DNA from: Promethearchaeia archaeon
GTDB taxonomy: Archaea > Asgardarchaeota > Lokiarchaeia > Sigyniarchaeales > SOKP01
Direction: 5' to 3'
DNA length: 64,000 bases
Assembly: GCA_029856155.1 (NCBI GenBank)
Contig: JAHQWL010000081.1
Coordinates: 45,637-109,636 of the forward strand
Shown: one piece after another, positions 10,339-22,009 of the stretch
How positions within the stretch are numbered: position 1 is the stretch's first letter
Layout: each line of letters begins with the position of its first letter
Program-made: the position numbers and the translations under genes
The notes under the pieces: generated by a model
Databases searched by the model: none
What the model was told of the DNA's origin: nothing
The model's input: the letters and a program-made list of their open reading frames with translations, nothing else

Positions 10339-11832
10339 ATGCCAAAATTACAAGAATTAGAAATAAAAAATAAGTACACTGGTGAACTTATAAGAACAGT
10401 TCCCGCTGATACACCGGAAACAGTTAGAGCAAAAATAAAAAAGATACATAAAAATGAACATCTACTAAAAGAGATGGATTTTTTTGAGCGTTCTCAACTT
10501 CTTTCTAAATTTGCTACTAAATTACGATTTAAAAAATCCCAATTGAAGGATTTGGTTGTGGCAGAAGGAGGTTTACCCATTAAGTATTCTGAATGGGAAT
10601 TAAATATTGTAATGAATGGTTTTAAATTTTGTGATTGGTATTATCAATTCTTAGAAGAAAAACCATTAACAAGTATAGAAGGAGAACAACTCGTTAAAAT
10701 CAGGTACATTCCGCATGGTTTAGCAGCATGCATTTCTCCTCGTAATACTCCTTTAAGTCTTCCTCTCTATCAATTAGGTGCAAATTATCTAGTAGGAAAC
10801 GGAGCTATAGTAAAACCCTCTACAGCATGTCCATTAACAATGATAGAAGCTTATTCAATAATGAAAGAAATGGATTTACCAGCTCTTGAAGCTTTAGATT
10901 TAGCTATAGCTCCTGGAGAATGGGCAGTAGATGAATTCATTAAATCACCCTTAATTAAAACTTTGATGACAATTACTGCATCTCATACAGCAAAGGATAT
11001 CTTAGCACGTTATGGTAGATTTTTGAAAAAAACCGTCGATAGGTCGATGGGAGTTCCTATGTATACTCAACCATTTAAAAACTTTTTTTTCGAATGTGCT
11101 GGTAACGATGCAGGTATAGTAATGGATGATGTAAATTTAGAAAAAGTAGCAAAATGGAATGTCATGGCTAGTTATACTAATTCTGGACAACAATGCTTTT
11201 CAATGAAAAGAATTATTGTTCATAAAGACATTTATGATGAATATTTAGAATGTCTTGTAAAAGAAATTCAAAATTTAAAGTATGGAGATCCAACCGATCC
11301 AGATGTAGATATTGGTCCTTTAGGGAGTAGGAGAATCTTGATGATGATGGAGGTAATGGTAGAGGATGCAAAAAAATATAATGCTAAAATCTTTACGGGA
11401 GGTGAAAAAATCGATACAGGGGAGGATTATGGGTTGTTTTACACACCAACTCTAGTTGAGATTAAACCAGAATTGTGTGAAGATTTATTAAAGGCTCCAT
11501 TTCTATGGAGAGAGGAAGCATTTGGACCTGTCCGTTCTATTACTAAAGCTAATGACATAAAAGATGCAATAAGATTAGCAAACGCGAGTAACTATGGTAT
11601 GAGGGCAGTTGTTTACACATCAAATTTGAAAAATATCGAGACTTTTAAGAATGATTTAGAAGCAGCGAATATTTATATAAATGCAAGACCCATGCTTGTT
11701 GATATTACCGTTTCATTAGGGGGAATTAAAGATTCTGCTTATCCCGCAGGTTGTAAATATTACCCTCAGGAATTAGTTTATGGAAAATACATCTACGATG
11801 GGACTCCAATAAATTTAGAGAAAATTAAATAA
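10339..11832 (+). CDS. Aldehyde dehydrogenase family protein (divergent)
   Basis: ISPRN, VKPS, ECAGND (Glu), NSGQQC (Cys), EEAFGP and YGM. Confidence 0.92.
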   Translation: MPKLQELEIKNKYTGELIRTVPADTPETVRAKIKKIHKNEHLLKEMDFFERSQLLSKFATKLRFKKSQLKDLVVAEGGLPIKYSEWELNIVMNGFKFCDWYYQFLEEKPLTSIEGEQLVKIRYIPHGLAACISPRNTPLSLPLYQLGANYLVGNGAIVKPSTACPLTMIEAYSIMKEMDLPALEALDLAIAPGEWAVDEFIKSPLIKTLMTITASHTAKDILARYGRFLKKTVDRSMGVPMYTQPFKNFFFECAGNDAGIVMDDVNLEKVAKWNVMASYTNSGQQCFSMKRIIVHKDIYDEYLECLVKEIQNLKYGDPTDPDVDIGPLGSRRILMMMEVMVEDAKKYNAKIFTGGEKIDTGEDYGLFYTPTLVEIKPELCEDLLKAPFLWREEAFGPVRSITKANDIKDAIRLANASNYGMRAVVYTSNLKNIETFKNDLEAANIYINARPMLVDITVSLGGIKDSAYPAGCKYYPQELVYGKYIYDGTPINLEKIK

Positions 11833-11844
11833 TTTTAATGCACA

Positions 11845-12252
11845 ATGGATACTGAAGAATTATTCAAAAAATTGAAGGGTTATTTTTCAACTAATCTGGA
11901 TTTAATGAGACATCTTAATGTACACGCATGTTGGGAATATATTATTGCTACAAATTCTACGAATGAAGAAAATTTCAAACTACACTATTTTTTGTATAAA
12001 GAACAAGAGAAAAAATTGGAAATAACGAAAGATAATCCAAATATTAAACCAGATTTAATTTTATATTTTACTGAAAAAGCAATATTGGATTTAATTAAAG
12101 GAGATCCGAGTGCTGAAGAATATTATTCTCGGTATCGTGAACTAATGAATAATTCTAAACCTGGAATTGAAGTGGATAATAAAGTGAATAAACCTCGATT
12201 GAAACTATGGCAAATGGGATATAAAAAGTGGCAGTCTGATTTTAAATTTTAA
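11845..12252 (+). CDS. Hypothetical protein, possible SCP2-like fold
   Basis: LEITK...KPDLILYFTEKAILDLIKG; shares an L..MGY.K motif with 9816-10286. Confidence 0.45.
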   Translation: MDTEELFKKLKGYFSTNLDLMRHLNVHACWEYIIATNSTNEENFKLHYFLYKEQEKKLEITKDNPNIKPDLILYFTEKAILDLIKGDPSAEEYYSRYRELMNNSKPGIEVDNKVNKPRLKLWQMGYKKWQSDFKF

Positions 12253-12378
12253 AACAATTAATTTAATCATTTACGTCCTTATTTTAATCTAACAATTTTA
12301 GATTCTATTTAACATTTTAAAGAGTAATTTTTATATTAGTTAATATCACAATTAATTCTATTGATATTAATTAAATAA

Positions 12379-13806
12379 TTGGTTAAAATGAATAAAGAAG
12401 ATATTTGTTTTATGTCTGCTTATGACATGAAAGACGCAATAATAAGACAAGAATTAACTTCACAAGAAATTACAGAGATAATAATTGAAAGGATCGAAAA
12501 AATAAATCCAATTATTAACGCATATTGCACTCCAACCCTCGATATCGCGAGGGAACTCGCAAAAAATGCAGATGAAGCTGTTAAAAGGGGTGAAAAACTA
12601 GGTTTATTACATGGAATTCCTACCTCCATTAAAGATTTATTTTTAACTAAGGATATTAGAACTACTTTTGGAAGTATGATTTATGAACATAATGTTCCTG
12701 AGCGAGATGATGTCGTCGTAAAACGCTTAAAAAAAGCAGGAATTGTACTTCTTGGAAAAACAAATACACCCGAATTTGGATATGCTGGTGTTACACATAA
12801 TTTTGTTTTTGGCAAATCTCGGAATCCTTGGAATACAGATAGAATACCTGGCGGTTCAACTGGAGGTGGAGCTGCTGCTGTAGCTTCAGGTTTAGGACCA
12901 TTGGCTTTAGGAAATGATGGTGGTGGTTCAATAAGGATCCCCGCTAGTTGTTGTGGTGTTTTTGGGCATAAGACAAGTTTCGGGAGAGTTCCAGTCTATC
13001 CTAGAACAGAACTTCATGCTGAATCTTATGTTCATGTAGGACCTATAGTAAGATATGTAAGGGATGCCGCTTTAATGTTAGATGCAATAAAAGGACCTCA
13101 CGATGGAGATAGGTACAGCCTACCTGAGGAAAAAATCAATTATTCTGATTCCGTTTCAGAAAAACCAGATAAATTAAAAATTGGGTATTCCTTAGATTTA
13201 GGATATGCGAAAGTGATTGACCCTGACGTTGAGAAAAATGTTATTAACTCAGCTGAAAAATTTGAAGAATTGGGTTGGACTGTTGAAAAGGCGACCTTCA
13301 AAATGAGAAAACCAGAGGTACCATTCTACACATTATATACTGCTGATTATGCATTTGATTTAAAGTCGAAATTAAATGAATGGAGAGAGAAAATTGATCC
13401 CGAATTAATGAAAATGGTGGACGCGGGGTCTGGGTATTCTGCATTTGATGTAATGAAAGCTATGAGTCAACGCACCAAGATTTATGAGACTTTCTATAAA
13501 TACTTCAAAAACTTTGATATTCTAATAACTCCAACAATAGCTATTCCTCCTTTTGAGTTAGGAATTATGTTTCCACCAAAAATCAATGGAAAAAATGTAT
13601 CACCCACAGCATGGATGCCATTTTCCTTCCCTTTTAATTTAACAGGTCATCCTGCGGCATCTATTCCTTGTGGTTGGTCCAGTGGAGGGTTACCGACAGG
13701 TATGCAAATTGTTGGGAATAGATTCAATGATCTACTCGTTTTACAAGTATCTCAAGCTTTCGAAGAATTAGCGCCTTGGCAAGATAAAAAACCTAAATTT
13801 GAATAA
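12379..13806 (+). CDS. Amidase (amidase-signature family)
   Basis: SIKD, GKTNTPEFG, GGSTGG and GNDGGGSIRIPA. The true start may be the ATG at 12388. Confidence 0.93.
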   Translation: MVKMNKEDICFMSAYDMKDAIIRQELTSQEITEIIIERIEKINPIINAYCTPTLDIARELAKNADEAVKRGEKLGLLHGIPTSIKDLFLTKDIRTTFGSMIYEHNVPERDDVVVKRLKKAGIVLLGKTNTPEFGYAGVTHNFVFGKSRNPWNTDRIPGGSTGGGAAAVASGLGPLALGNDGGGSIRIPASCCGVFGHKTSFGRVPVYPRTELHAESYVHVGPIVRYVRDAALMLDAIKGPHDGDRYSLPEEKINYSDSVSEKPDKLKIGYSLDLGYAKVIDPDVEKNVINSAEKFEELGWTVEKATFKMRKPEVPFYTLYTADYAFDLKSKLNEWREKIDPELMKMVDAGSGYSAFDVMKAMSQRTKIYETFYKYFKNFDILITPTIAIPPFELGIMFPPKINGKNVSPTAWMPFSFPFNLTGHPAASIPCGWSSGGLPTGMQIVGNRFNDLLVLQVSQAFEELAPWQDKKPKFE

Positions 13807-13842
13807 TTTTTTTCAAATTAATTTAATCTTTTTTTGAAATAT

Positions 13843-14931
13843 TTAAAATGACTTCATATTAGAAGTAGTTATATAAGAGGAATCTCCTATTGTAATGCTT
13901 TTCTTAATTAAATCCTCTAATATCGAATAATCACCGACAATACTCTCTGAAGAAATAATTTTTTTTAATTTTGCTCCATCCCCTATTACCGATTCAGATA
14001 ATATACATTTTTCTAAAACTACATCATCTCCTATAGATACATTTGGCCCTATAACTGAATCAGTAATTTTTGTATTTTCACCAATAAAAACGGGTGCAAC
14101 GATTTTTGAATCAACTATATTATTAGATTGAAATAATTTCTCGTATGTGGGATCTTCTCCTTTGATTTCTGCTAGTAATAGACGATTTCCTGCGATTAAA
14201 GTTTCAGGTCGACCAAAATCTAATATATCTCCTTTCATTTCATTTATTTTTAATTTAAACCCTTCTTCGACTAATTCTTGAATAATTGGTGTTATATGAT
14301 GCTCCTGTCCATTTTCTAATGGAATTTCACTTTGTTTTTCTAACAACTCAAATAATCGGGATATCATACTCATTCCAAATAAATATGCTCCTGATACCGC
14401 ATAATTTGATTTAGGTTGGTCTGGTTTTTCAACAATATTTTTCACCGTACCATTTTCATCTAATTCAATTACTCCGTAAAATTGCGGATTTTCTACTTGT
14501 TTAACATTCACAACACCATCACAAATATCTTGATGAAAATTCAATAAGATTTGTGAGTAATCTTCAATAGGAAGCCTATCACTCAAAAATATGAAACAAT
14601 CATCATTTTTGGCAAGATCTTTGGCCAATAAAATAGCATCTCCAAGACCACTAAAGAATGGTGTATCTGCTTCATATCCTAATGGTTTTTGCTTGATAAA
14701 GTGGAGATTAAAATAATCTGAATGATTATTTTTAAGATATTCGGTTATTTGTCGTTTTTTATAACCAACTATGAAACAAATGTTAGTTCCTTTAGGAAAC
14801 GAGTTTTTCAATTTTATAAGAATATGATCAATTAATCTTTTTCCAGCTATTTTCAAAAACGCCTTTGGCTTAGAATATGTAAAAGGTTGTAATCTTCTAC
14901 CCACGCCAGCAATAGGACAGATAAGCCACAT
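13843..14931 (-). CDS. Sugar-phosphate nucleotidyltransferase (glucose-1-phosphate thymidylyltransferase-like)
   Basis: IAGVGRRLQPFT..KPK and VEKP; C-terminal hexapeptide repeats. Confidence 0.9.
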   Translation of the reverse strand: MWLICPIAGVGRRLQPFTYSKPKAFLKIAGKRLIDHILIKLKNSFPKGTNICFIVGYKKRQITEYLKNNHSDYFNLHFIKQKPLGYEADTPFFSGLGDAILLAKDLAKNDDCFIFLSDRLPIEDYSQILLNFHQDICDGVVNVKQVENPQFYGVIELDENGTVKNIVEKPDQPKSNYAVSGAYLFGMSMISRLFELLEKQSEIPLENGQEHHITPIIQELVEEGFKLKINEMKGDILDFGRPETLIAGNRLLLAEIKGEDPTYEKLFQSNNIVDSKIVAPVFIGENTKITDSVIGPNVSIGDDVVLEKCILSESVIGDGAKLKKIISSESIVGDYSILEDLIKKSITIGDSSYITTSNMKSF

Positions 14932-15019
14932 TTATTACATTCAAAAAAGTGTCTAATTCTTAATATAAAAAATATAAAAATCGATAAAATAAAAAGTATT
15001 TTGAAATTTGCTAACAATG

Positions 15020-15565
15020 TTAGAATTTTTTGATTATTTCATCCAAAATCTCATAATATTCTCCTTCTTTTAGCTTTTCTTGAATAAGACTTTTTAATTT
15101 TCTTAAATAATAGTTGTCTGAATTAGTTCTTTTTGTACCATAAATTTTTTTATTTATTGCAACTCTGGTTTTCTCATCCAGAAGTTTAGGTGGAATTTCT
15201 TTATATTTTTTAATAATCTCTCTTTTTTCATCTTTTTCAATTAATTTTTCCTTCTGCTCAATTACAGATTGAACTGTTGAATGTAAATTTCTTATCCATA
15301 TTTCAATTTTATCAATATCTCCTTTTAGATAAGTTCTCTGGTTTAACCAATCCTTAAATTCAATCACTTTATTTAAAATCCTATCTTCCTCTAAAATTTT
15401 ACTGGAGATTTGACTCTTTTTTTTTACCATATCTCGAATTTTCTTCTTTTTTAACTCCTGAACCTCATCCTTTGTAAGACGCTTAAACGCAGCTTCTCTT
15501 TTCATTCTATCTTCTTTTGAATCTTTTTCAGAGAGCCATTTATCAATTGACATTTTAATTCTCAC
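15020..15565 (-). CDS. Hypothetical protein
   Basis: 181-aa charged helical ORF; probable start is MSIDKWL. Confidence 0.65.
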   Translation of the reverse strand: MRIKMSIDKWLSEKDSKEDRMKREAAFKRLTKDEVQELKKKKIRDMVKKKSQISSKILEEDRILNKVIEFKDWLNQRTYLKGDIDKIEIWIRNLHSTVQSVIEQKEKLIEKDEKREIIKKYKEIPPKLLDEKTRVAINKKIYGTKRTNSDNYYLRKLKSLIQEKLKEGEYYEILDEIIKKF

Positions 15566-15692
15566 TAGTATTAAATGCCTTTGTTAATATTTTATTTTTT
15601 ATTAAGGATTTAACAGAAACGAAAGTTATCACACTTACGTTTTAATTTGGTTAAATTAAAATTGAGAATCGATTTTTATTATTATTAACACG

Positions 15693-16463
15693 ATGATGAT
15701 TAAAGGAGTAATTTTTGATTTTGGTTTTACTTTATTCTATTTTGATAATCCTTCTGTTGAGAGGTATTATGAATGTTTTAAGAAAGGTTTACTAAAATCA
15801 ATCGCTAGATTAAAAGAGAAGCAAGTTTGGAATGAAAACTTAACAAATGAAGCATTCGTGAAGAATTTTAGTAAAAAAAGAGAGCATTTCTTTAGAAAAA
15901 GCCTTAAAACAAAAATGGAATACCCGACTTCTTTGATTTTCCAAAATGTTTTAGAATCACTCAAGGATGAGGAAATAATCGATAATTTAGATAATTTAAC
16001 AGAATCTGCATATAACGAATTAGCTGAACTTTATCATTCCTGTGAAGAGGATGAATGGGAACCTTTTGAAAATACTAAAGAGACATTAGAAGAATTAGGT
16101 CTGAAAAATTTGAAACTAGCTTTAATCTCTAATCATCCTAATCATAAAACCATTAAAAATGTGTTAAAAAAACATGGTTTATTTAAATTTTTTAACGTTG
16201 TAGTAACATCTGCTAAATATGGGAAGAGAAAACCAGATCCAAATATCTTCTATCATACATTAAAGAAAATGGGTTTAGAGAATCAAGGTAATTCTGTAAT
16301 TATGTGTGGAGATGAATATGCTGACATTATTGGGGCTGAAAGAGCGAACTTGCAATCAATTTTATTCGAAAGAAAATATAAATTTCCCTTCGAAAAGGAA
16401 ATTAATGTATCAAATTTAAGAAAGATCAATAATATTTCAGAAATCTTAGATTTTCTTGAATAA
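15693..16463 (+). CDS. HAD-family hydrolase
   Basis: FDFGFTL, ISN, KPDP and GDEYADI. Confidence 0.88.
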   Translation: MMIKGVIFDFGFTLFYFDNPSVERYYECFKKGLLKSIARLKEKQVWNENLTNEAFVKNFSKKREHFFRKSLKTKMEYPTSLIFQNVLESLKDEEIIDNLDNLTESAYNELAELYHSCEEDEWEPFENTKETLEELGLKNLKLALISNHPNHKTIKNVLKKHGLFKFFNVVVTSAKYGKRKPDPNIFYHTLKKMGLENQGNSVIMCGDEYADIIGAERANLQSILFERKYKFPFEKEINVSNLRKINNISEILDFLE

Positions 16464-16494
16464 TTTTAAAAAAAAGGCAAGGAGTTTAAAATAA

Positions 16495-16569
16495 TGGCCT
16501 GGGGGGGATTTGAACCCTCGATATCTGGCTCCGCAAGCCAGCGCCCTATCCAAGCTGGACTACCAAGCC
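16495..16569 (-). tRNA. tRNA-Arg(GCG), no encoded CCA
   Basis: Cloverleaf: acceptor GGCTTGG/CCAGGCC, anticodon arm CTGGC-TTGCGGA-GCCAG, T loop TTCAAAT (one A.C mismatch in the T stem). Confidence 0.93.
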
Positions 16570-16706
16570 ATTATAATCTTTATATGTAATTCTTGATAAA
16601 TAATTATTTTCTCTAATAAGTATTGTATTTATTTTAATATTTCAAGATTAAAAATGTAATCTAATGCAAAAAAATTAAAAAAAAGATAAAAAAAGGGTTA
16701 ATAATG

Positions 16707-19700
16707 CTAGTATTCTCTCATAATTTCTGTATAGAGATTCTCAATAAATTTGCTAAAATTGTCTTTATCATATTTGACATTAAGTAAGTGCCATAATATC
16801 TTTGGAATATGCTTTTGATCTTCATATACGGGAATCAGTTTTATCAAACCTTCTTTTCTCATTTGGAACGCTGCTTGCCATTCATCTTTTACAGCTTTAG
16901 ATTTCACAGAATTTTCGCTACAAAAGAGTAGAAAGGTATTACTTACTTCTAGTGTTTCTTCCATGAATTCTACGATGTTTGGTTTGCTATCTTTTTCCCA
17001 ATACGAGACTTGGTTGATGTTAGGATACTTTTTGAGCTCTTCACAATCTTTTCTATCTGAAAATGATCTCGATCAGCGGTAGAATAACTTATAAAGAGAT
17101 TATACTTTTTTTCTTCCTCTTTCTTTATTATAGGTGGAGGGATAACCGCTTTTTTTATTTCTCTTTCTTTAACGGGTGGAGCTACTTCTTCCTTTATAAC
17201 TGGTTTAGAAATTTCTACTTCTAATTCTTTACAATCTTCAACCTTTTCATTTGCTCTGTTAAAAATGTAGTAGAAATCATACATATCCGCGGTATCTTGA
17301 ATTTTTCCTAAATTTTTATAAGCTAATTTAATTTTCCTTTCCCTTATGAGATAATCGACAAAATCCAGCTTTTCTTCAAGTTTAGCTCTAACTTTTTCTT
17401 TTTTCTTCTCACTTATTTCTTTTTCCTTCTTTGTTGGAATTGATATTCTCTTTTTTATAATTATGGCTGCCCCCGTAACTCCAACAACTACTAAACCAAT
17501 TATCAAAACGATTATTAAAATATCAAAAGGAAATCCACTAGGTAGCCTTGGTAAAATATTATTTAAACCAATATTATTTCCAACACCCGTATCTACAATT
17601 GCTTGACCATTATTCAATAGAGTGTTCCAATCAATAGAATTATAGTTAGACTGATCCAGAAATATTCCTATTCCGTTGTTGTTTATTATATTATTTGTTA
17701 TATTATTATAATGACTGTTAGATAAATGAATACCATATAGCTCGTTAAAATTTATTGTCTCTTTATTATTAAGGATATCGATATTACTACAATCAATCAA
17801 TACAATTCCAGACCTCTCATTGTTATTAATTGAATTCTCTGTTATCAAAATGTTTTGACAAGAATCTAAAATTATTCCATTCGCGTTATTAAACGAACAA
17901 TTATTATAGATTAATTCACCATTTATCGTTGAGTCTAGTTTAATTCCCCCATCATAAAGATCGTCGCCAGAATTATAAAAAGTACAATTTTCAATCCTGA
18001 AATCTACATTCGAATTTCTAATTGTAAGACAACTAGTTGAATTCAAGCCATCAATTGTAATTAATCCAATTATATATGGATCATTTAAAGTACCAGAACC
18101 ATAAATCCATGCTAATTGGCTAATACATTCTACCCACGTAAAATCTCCAGTTCCACTATCATCAATAATAATTGGATCTGTGAAACCATTTTCAACATTC
18201 CAATTAAAGATATTATTTACACCACCACTTTCATAGATACTATATAAGTTTCCAATGAATACATTACCTATGACCTTAGTATTATTGCTGCTCCATAAAT
18301 ACAGTCCCGCAAAAGTGTTATAATTTGCTATATTACTTGCAACGATGGCATTATTGCAGTTCCATACAAATATTCCATTCCAACCATTATTATCTACGAT
18401 ATTTCCTACAACTTTAATATCTTGACCATCATATATGTCTATTCCATTGTCACCATTAAAGGTAACATTGTTGTTCATTATAGTATTGTTATTACTTGAA
18501 GATGATAAATAAATGCCTTTTTGGTCATTATTAAAAGCTGAGTTTTCTGAAATTGTATTATTGTTACTTAAACCTAAATACATCCCATCAGAATTTTCAT
18601 TTAAAATGTTTCCCGAAAGAATATTATTATGACTTACTTCTAAAAATATTCCAGACTCTTCATTATTGTTTACTATATTTCCATCAATCGTAACGTTTTG
18701 ACTTTGGTATAACCCAATTCCGACACCATTATTATTTGAACAGTTATTGGTTATCAATTGTCCATTAATAACATTTGTTAATTTAATACCTGCATTATAC
18801 ACTCCTGAACCGGAATTAGAAAGTGTGCAACCTACTATCTTAAAAAATACCGTAGAATCCCTAATTTCTATGCAGCTACTTGAATTTTGACCATCGATAA
18901 TTAAATTTTGAATTATAAACGGATCAGAGTAGCTGCCAGAACCTGTACACCAAATAAACAGATAAGCTGCTTCTACCCATATAAGATCGCCTCCTCCATT
19001 GTTATCTATAACAAATGGAGAAAGCATTCCATCAAAATAATTTAAAATAAAATTGTTATTTACACTTTCAAATTCACTAATGTGTTGAAATAAGTTCCCA
19101 ATGAATGAATTACTTATAACATCTGTATTATTGCTTCTATATAACCTTAATCCGAATAAATCGTTATTACTTAAAGTGTTTCCAATAATTGTATTATTAT
19201 TGCTTTCCCACAACCACATTCCATAATCGTTATGGTCTACCGTATTTCCTATTACTGTATTATTATGACTATGAGCAATAAATATTCCTTCATCATTATA
19301 GGAAAAATTATTATTTAAGATCCAATTGTGATTACTTGAAGATTCTAAATAAATCCCTCTTTGGCCAATATTATTAAAAGCTGAATTATCTGAAATGTTA
19401 TTGGCGGTACTTAATCCTAAATAAATCCCAGAATAATAATTCTCATTACAAACATTTCCCGAAAGACTGTTATTATGACTTGTTGCTAGAAATATGCCAT
19501 ACTCATCATTATTACCTGCAGTATTTCCTGAAATTGTAATATTTTGACTATCAGATAAACGCATTCCATTGCCGTTATTATTTGAAAAGTTATTGGATAT
19601 CAATTGTCCATTAATCACATTTATTAATACGATTCCTGCATTATCTAGCCCTGAAGAAGAATTAAACGTTATACAGCCTACAATTATAAAATACTCATCG

Positions 19701-22009
19701 GAGTTCTTAATCGTGATACAACTGCTTAAATTTAATCCATCTATAATTAAATTTTTTATAGTATAAGGATCCTTAAATGTTCCAGATCCAGAACACCACG
19801 CTAATTTATTTGATGCTTGATCCCATTTAAAATCCCCTCCCCCACTATTATCAATGGTAAATGGAGAACTTTCATTATTAATAACATTCCAATGAAATGT
19901 ATTATTAAAGCTATTTATTTCATTATACCATCCGTTTACATTATCATTCAAAATATTACCACATATAAAGCTGTTATTACTATCATGTATAGTTAATCCA
20001 AAATCATAGTTTTCTTTAATTAAATTTGCGATAATAAAATTATCTTCACAATTATATAAATAAAGCGCGCTTAAAGTGCTCTCTGTTATAGTATTTCTTG
20101 AAACCGTATTATTATAAGAGTCTGAGTATAACATAATTCCATAAGTGTTGTCTCTAACTAAATTTTCTAGAACTGTATGATTATTACCAAAAGATAAAAA
20201 AATCCCATACATCGAATTAGATTGTAACAAATTTCCTAAAATGGTACTATTTTGACACCAGGCCACAATAATTCCTCCTAAATTATTGTTATTTAAATTG
20301 TTACCTGAAATGGTGCTATCATCACTCCAACTTTGAATCCCACGTTCATCATTATAACTTATGTTATTTCCTAAGATTTTACTATTATCACTGTGAAAAA
20401 TATGTATACCATCGTGAACATTATGGTTTACGATGTTTCCTATAATAGTACTATTATCACCTTCCCAAATGTATATTCCATTTCCATTATTATTTGAACA
20501 ATTATTACCTATTAATGTACCGTTATTTGAATGGTCTAACTTAATTCCTGCATGATTTAAACCTGTGGCGGAATTAAAAACTGTACAATTTTCAATCTTA
20601 AAAAAAACATCAGAATTCTCAATTGTGATACAACTGCTTAAATTTAATCCATCTATAATTAAATTTTTTATAGTATAAGGATCATTAAGAGTTCCCGAAC
20701 CAGAACACCATGTTCGAGTTTTAGCCCAATTCCAGTTATTAGATGCACTATCATCAATGGCAATCTTACTTCCATTATGTCCATCATCCCATAAAGGGAA
20801 ATGATCTTGACCTCCTGCAATACCTGAAATATTATAAGGTGAATCTCCAATACCATCATCATTTTGATCTATTCCTGTATAATCATCCCAGAAATTTCCC
20901 ATATTTGTTTTATTCCACTTATTATTTGTACCAGTACCTCCATCAAAAGCGTTAATTCCATTTTTAATAAAAGAATTATTATAAAAAAGATTATGATTAC
21001 TATCTGTGAATGCGTCTTCAATATAGATACCACTATTATTATTTTCATGAATCTCATTATTAGTGAAATTATTATAATCACATTGATCGCTTAACCATAT
21101 TCCAATGTCATTTTTACTCAAATTATTTCGCGAAAGCACGCTATTATCAACATACATGAAATATATTCCTTCACTAGTACTATTATATATTATATTATCA
21201 GAGACTGTGTTAAAATTACTATGCTGTGAGAAAATACCCTGATCATTATAATATAATGTATTTCGGACAATAATATTACTATCACCGGAGAAGTAAATCC
21301 CACTATGACCATTATTATATATTTTATTGTCTGTAACATTATTATGGTTACCACCCGATAAATAAACTCCAATCCAACCATTATCAATAGTATTTTCAGA
21401 GATTATATTTTGGGTACTTATAACCTCAATAATTGCATTATGGCTATTATCAATAGTATTTATTGAGATGTTATTTTGATGACTGTATCTTAGAGCTATT
21501 CCTGAATCTCCATTATCTTTTAAAGTGTTTCCTGTGATTGTGATATTATTACAGGTTTCAATCCACATTCCAGAACGTCCGTTATTAGAACAATTATTGT
21601 TTTCTATTGTTCCATTGTTGACATTTTCTAAAAAGATTCCCCCATATAGATTATCATCCTTTGAATTAAAGAGAGTACAGTTACGAATGATAAAATATAC
21701 ATTAGAATTCCGAACTGTAAGACACCTAGCAGTCGTTTGTCCATCAATCGTTACATTTTCAATAATATATGGATCACTCCATGTACCTGAACCTGAGCAC
21801 CAAGGTTGACCTACTGCCCAAGTCCAATTATTACTAGGATTTAAATCATTAATAAGAATTGGAGTACCGGTGAGATCCCAATATCCTGCATTTTTTAAGC
21901 TAGTTTCATAATTATTGTTAGGTTGATCAAAAGTATCTAAAATGAAATTAGTTAAAGTTATAAATGTAATGATTCCCATTAAAGACATTATTTTTAAGTT
22001 CTTTTTCAT
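16707..22009 (-). CDS. Beta-helix (NosD/CASH-like) repeat surface receptor with single TM and C-terminal TIR domain; 1-nt frameshift in TIR near 17040
   Basis: ORF 16970-22009 reaches YNLFISYSTAD...IVK. The -1 frame continues ELKKYPNINQVSYWEKDSKPNIVEF into ORF 16707-16964 (FLLFCSENSVKSKAVKDEW...IPV). Confidence 0.85.
19713..20683. repeat. Exact 59-bp direct repeat (19713-19771 and 20625-20683)
   Basis: gtgatacaactgcttaaatttaatccatctataattaaattttttatagtataaggatc occurs in modules 2 and 3. Confidence 0.9.

Noticed and set aside
12379-13806. Amidase as GatA or as inactive (GGSTGG)
   Set aside because: Lys, the first (cis) Ser and the nucleophile Ser are retained, and no gatB/gatC or GatA-specific motifs were seen
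19713-20683. 59-bp repeat as a DGR template/variable pair
   Set aside because: The copies are identical with no adenine-specific mismatches, and there is no reverse transcriptase in the window
16495-22009. TIR receptor gene as a tRNA-integrated island
   Set aside because: The gene lies on the 5' side of tRNA-Arg, and no integrase or duplicated tRNA end was seen
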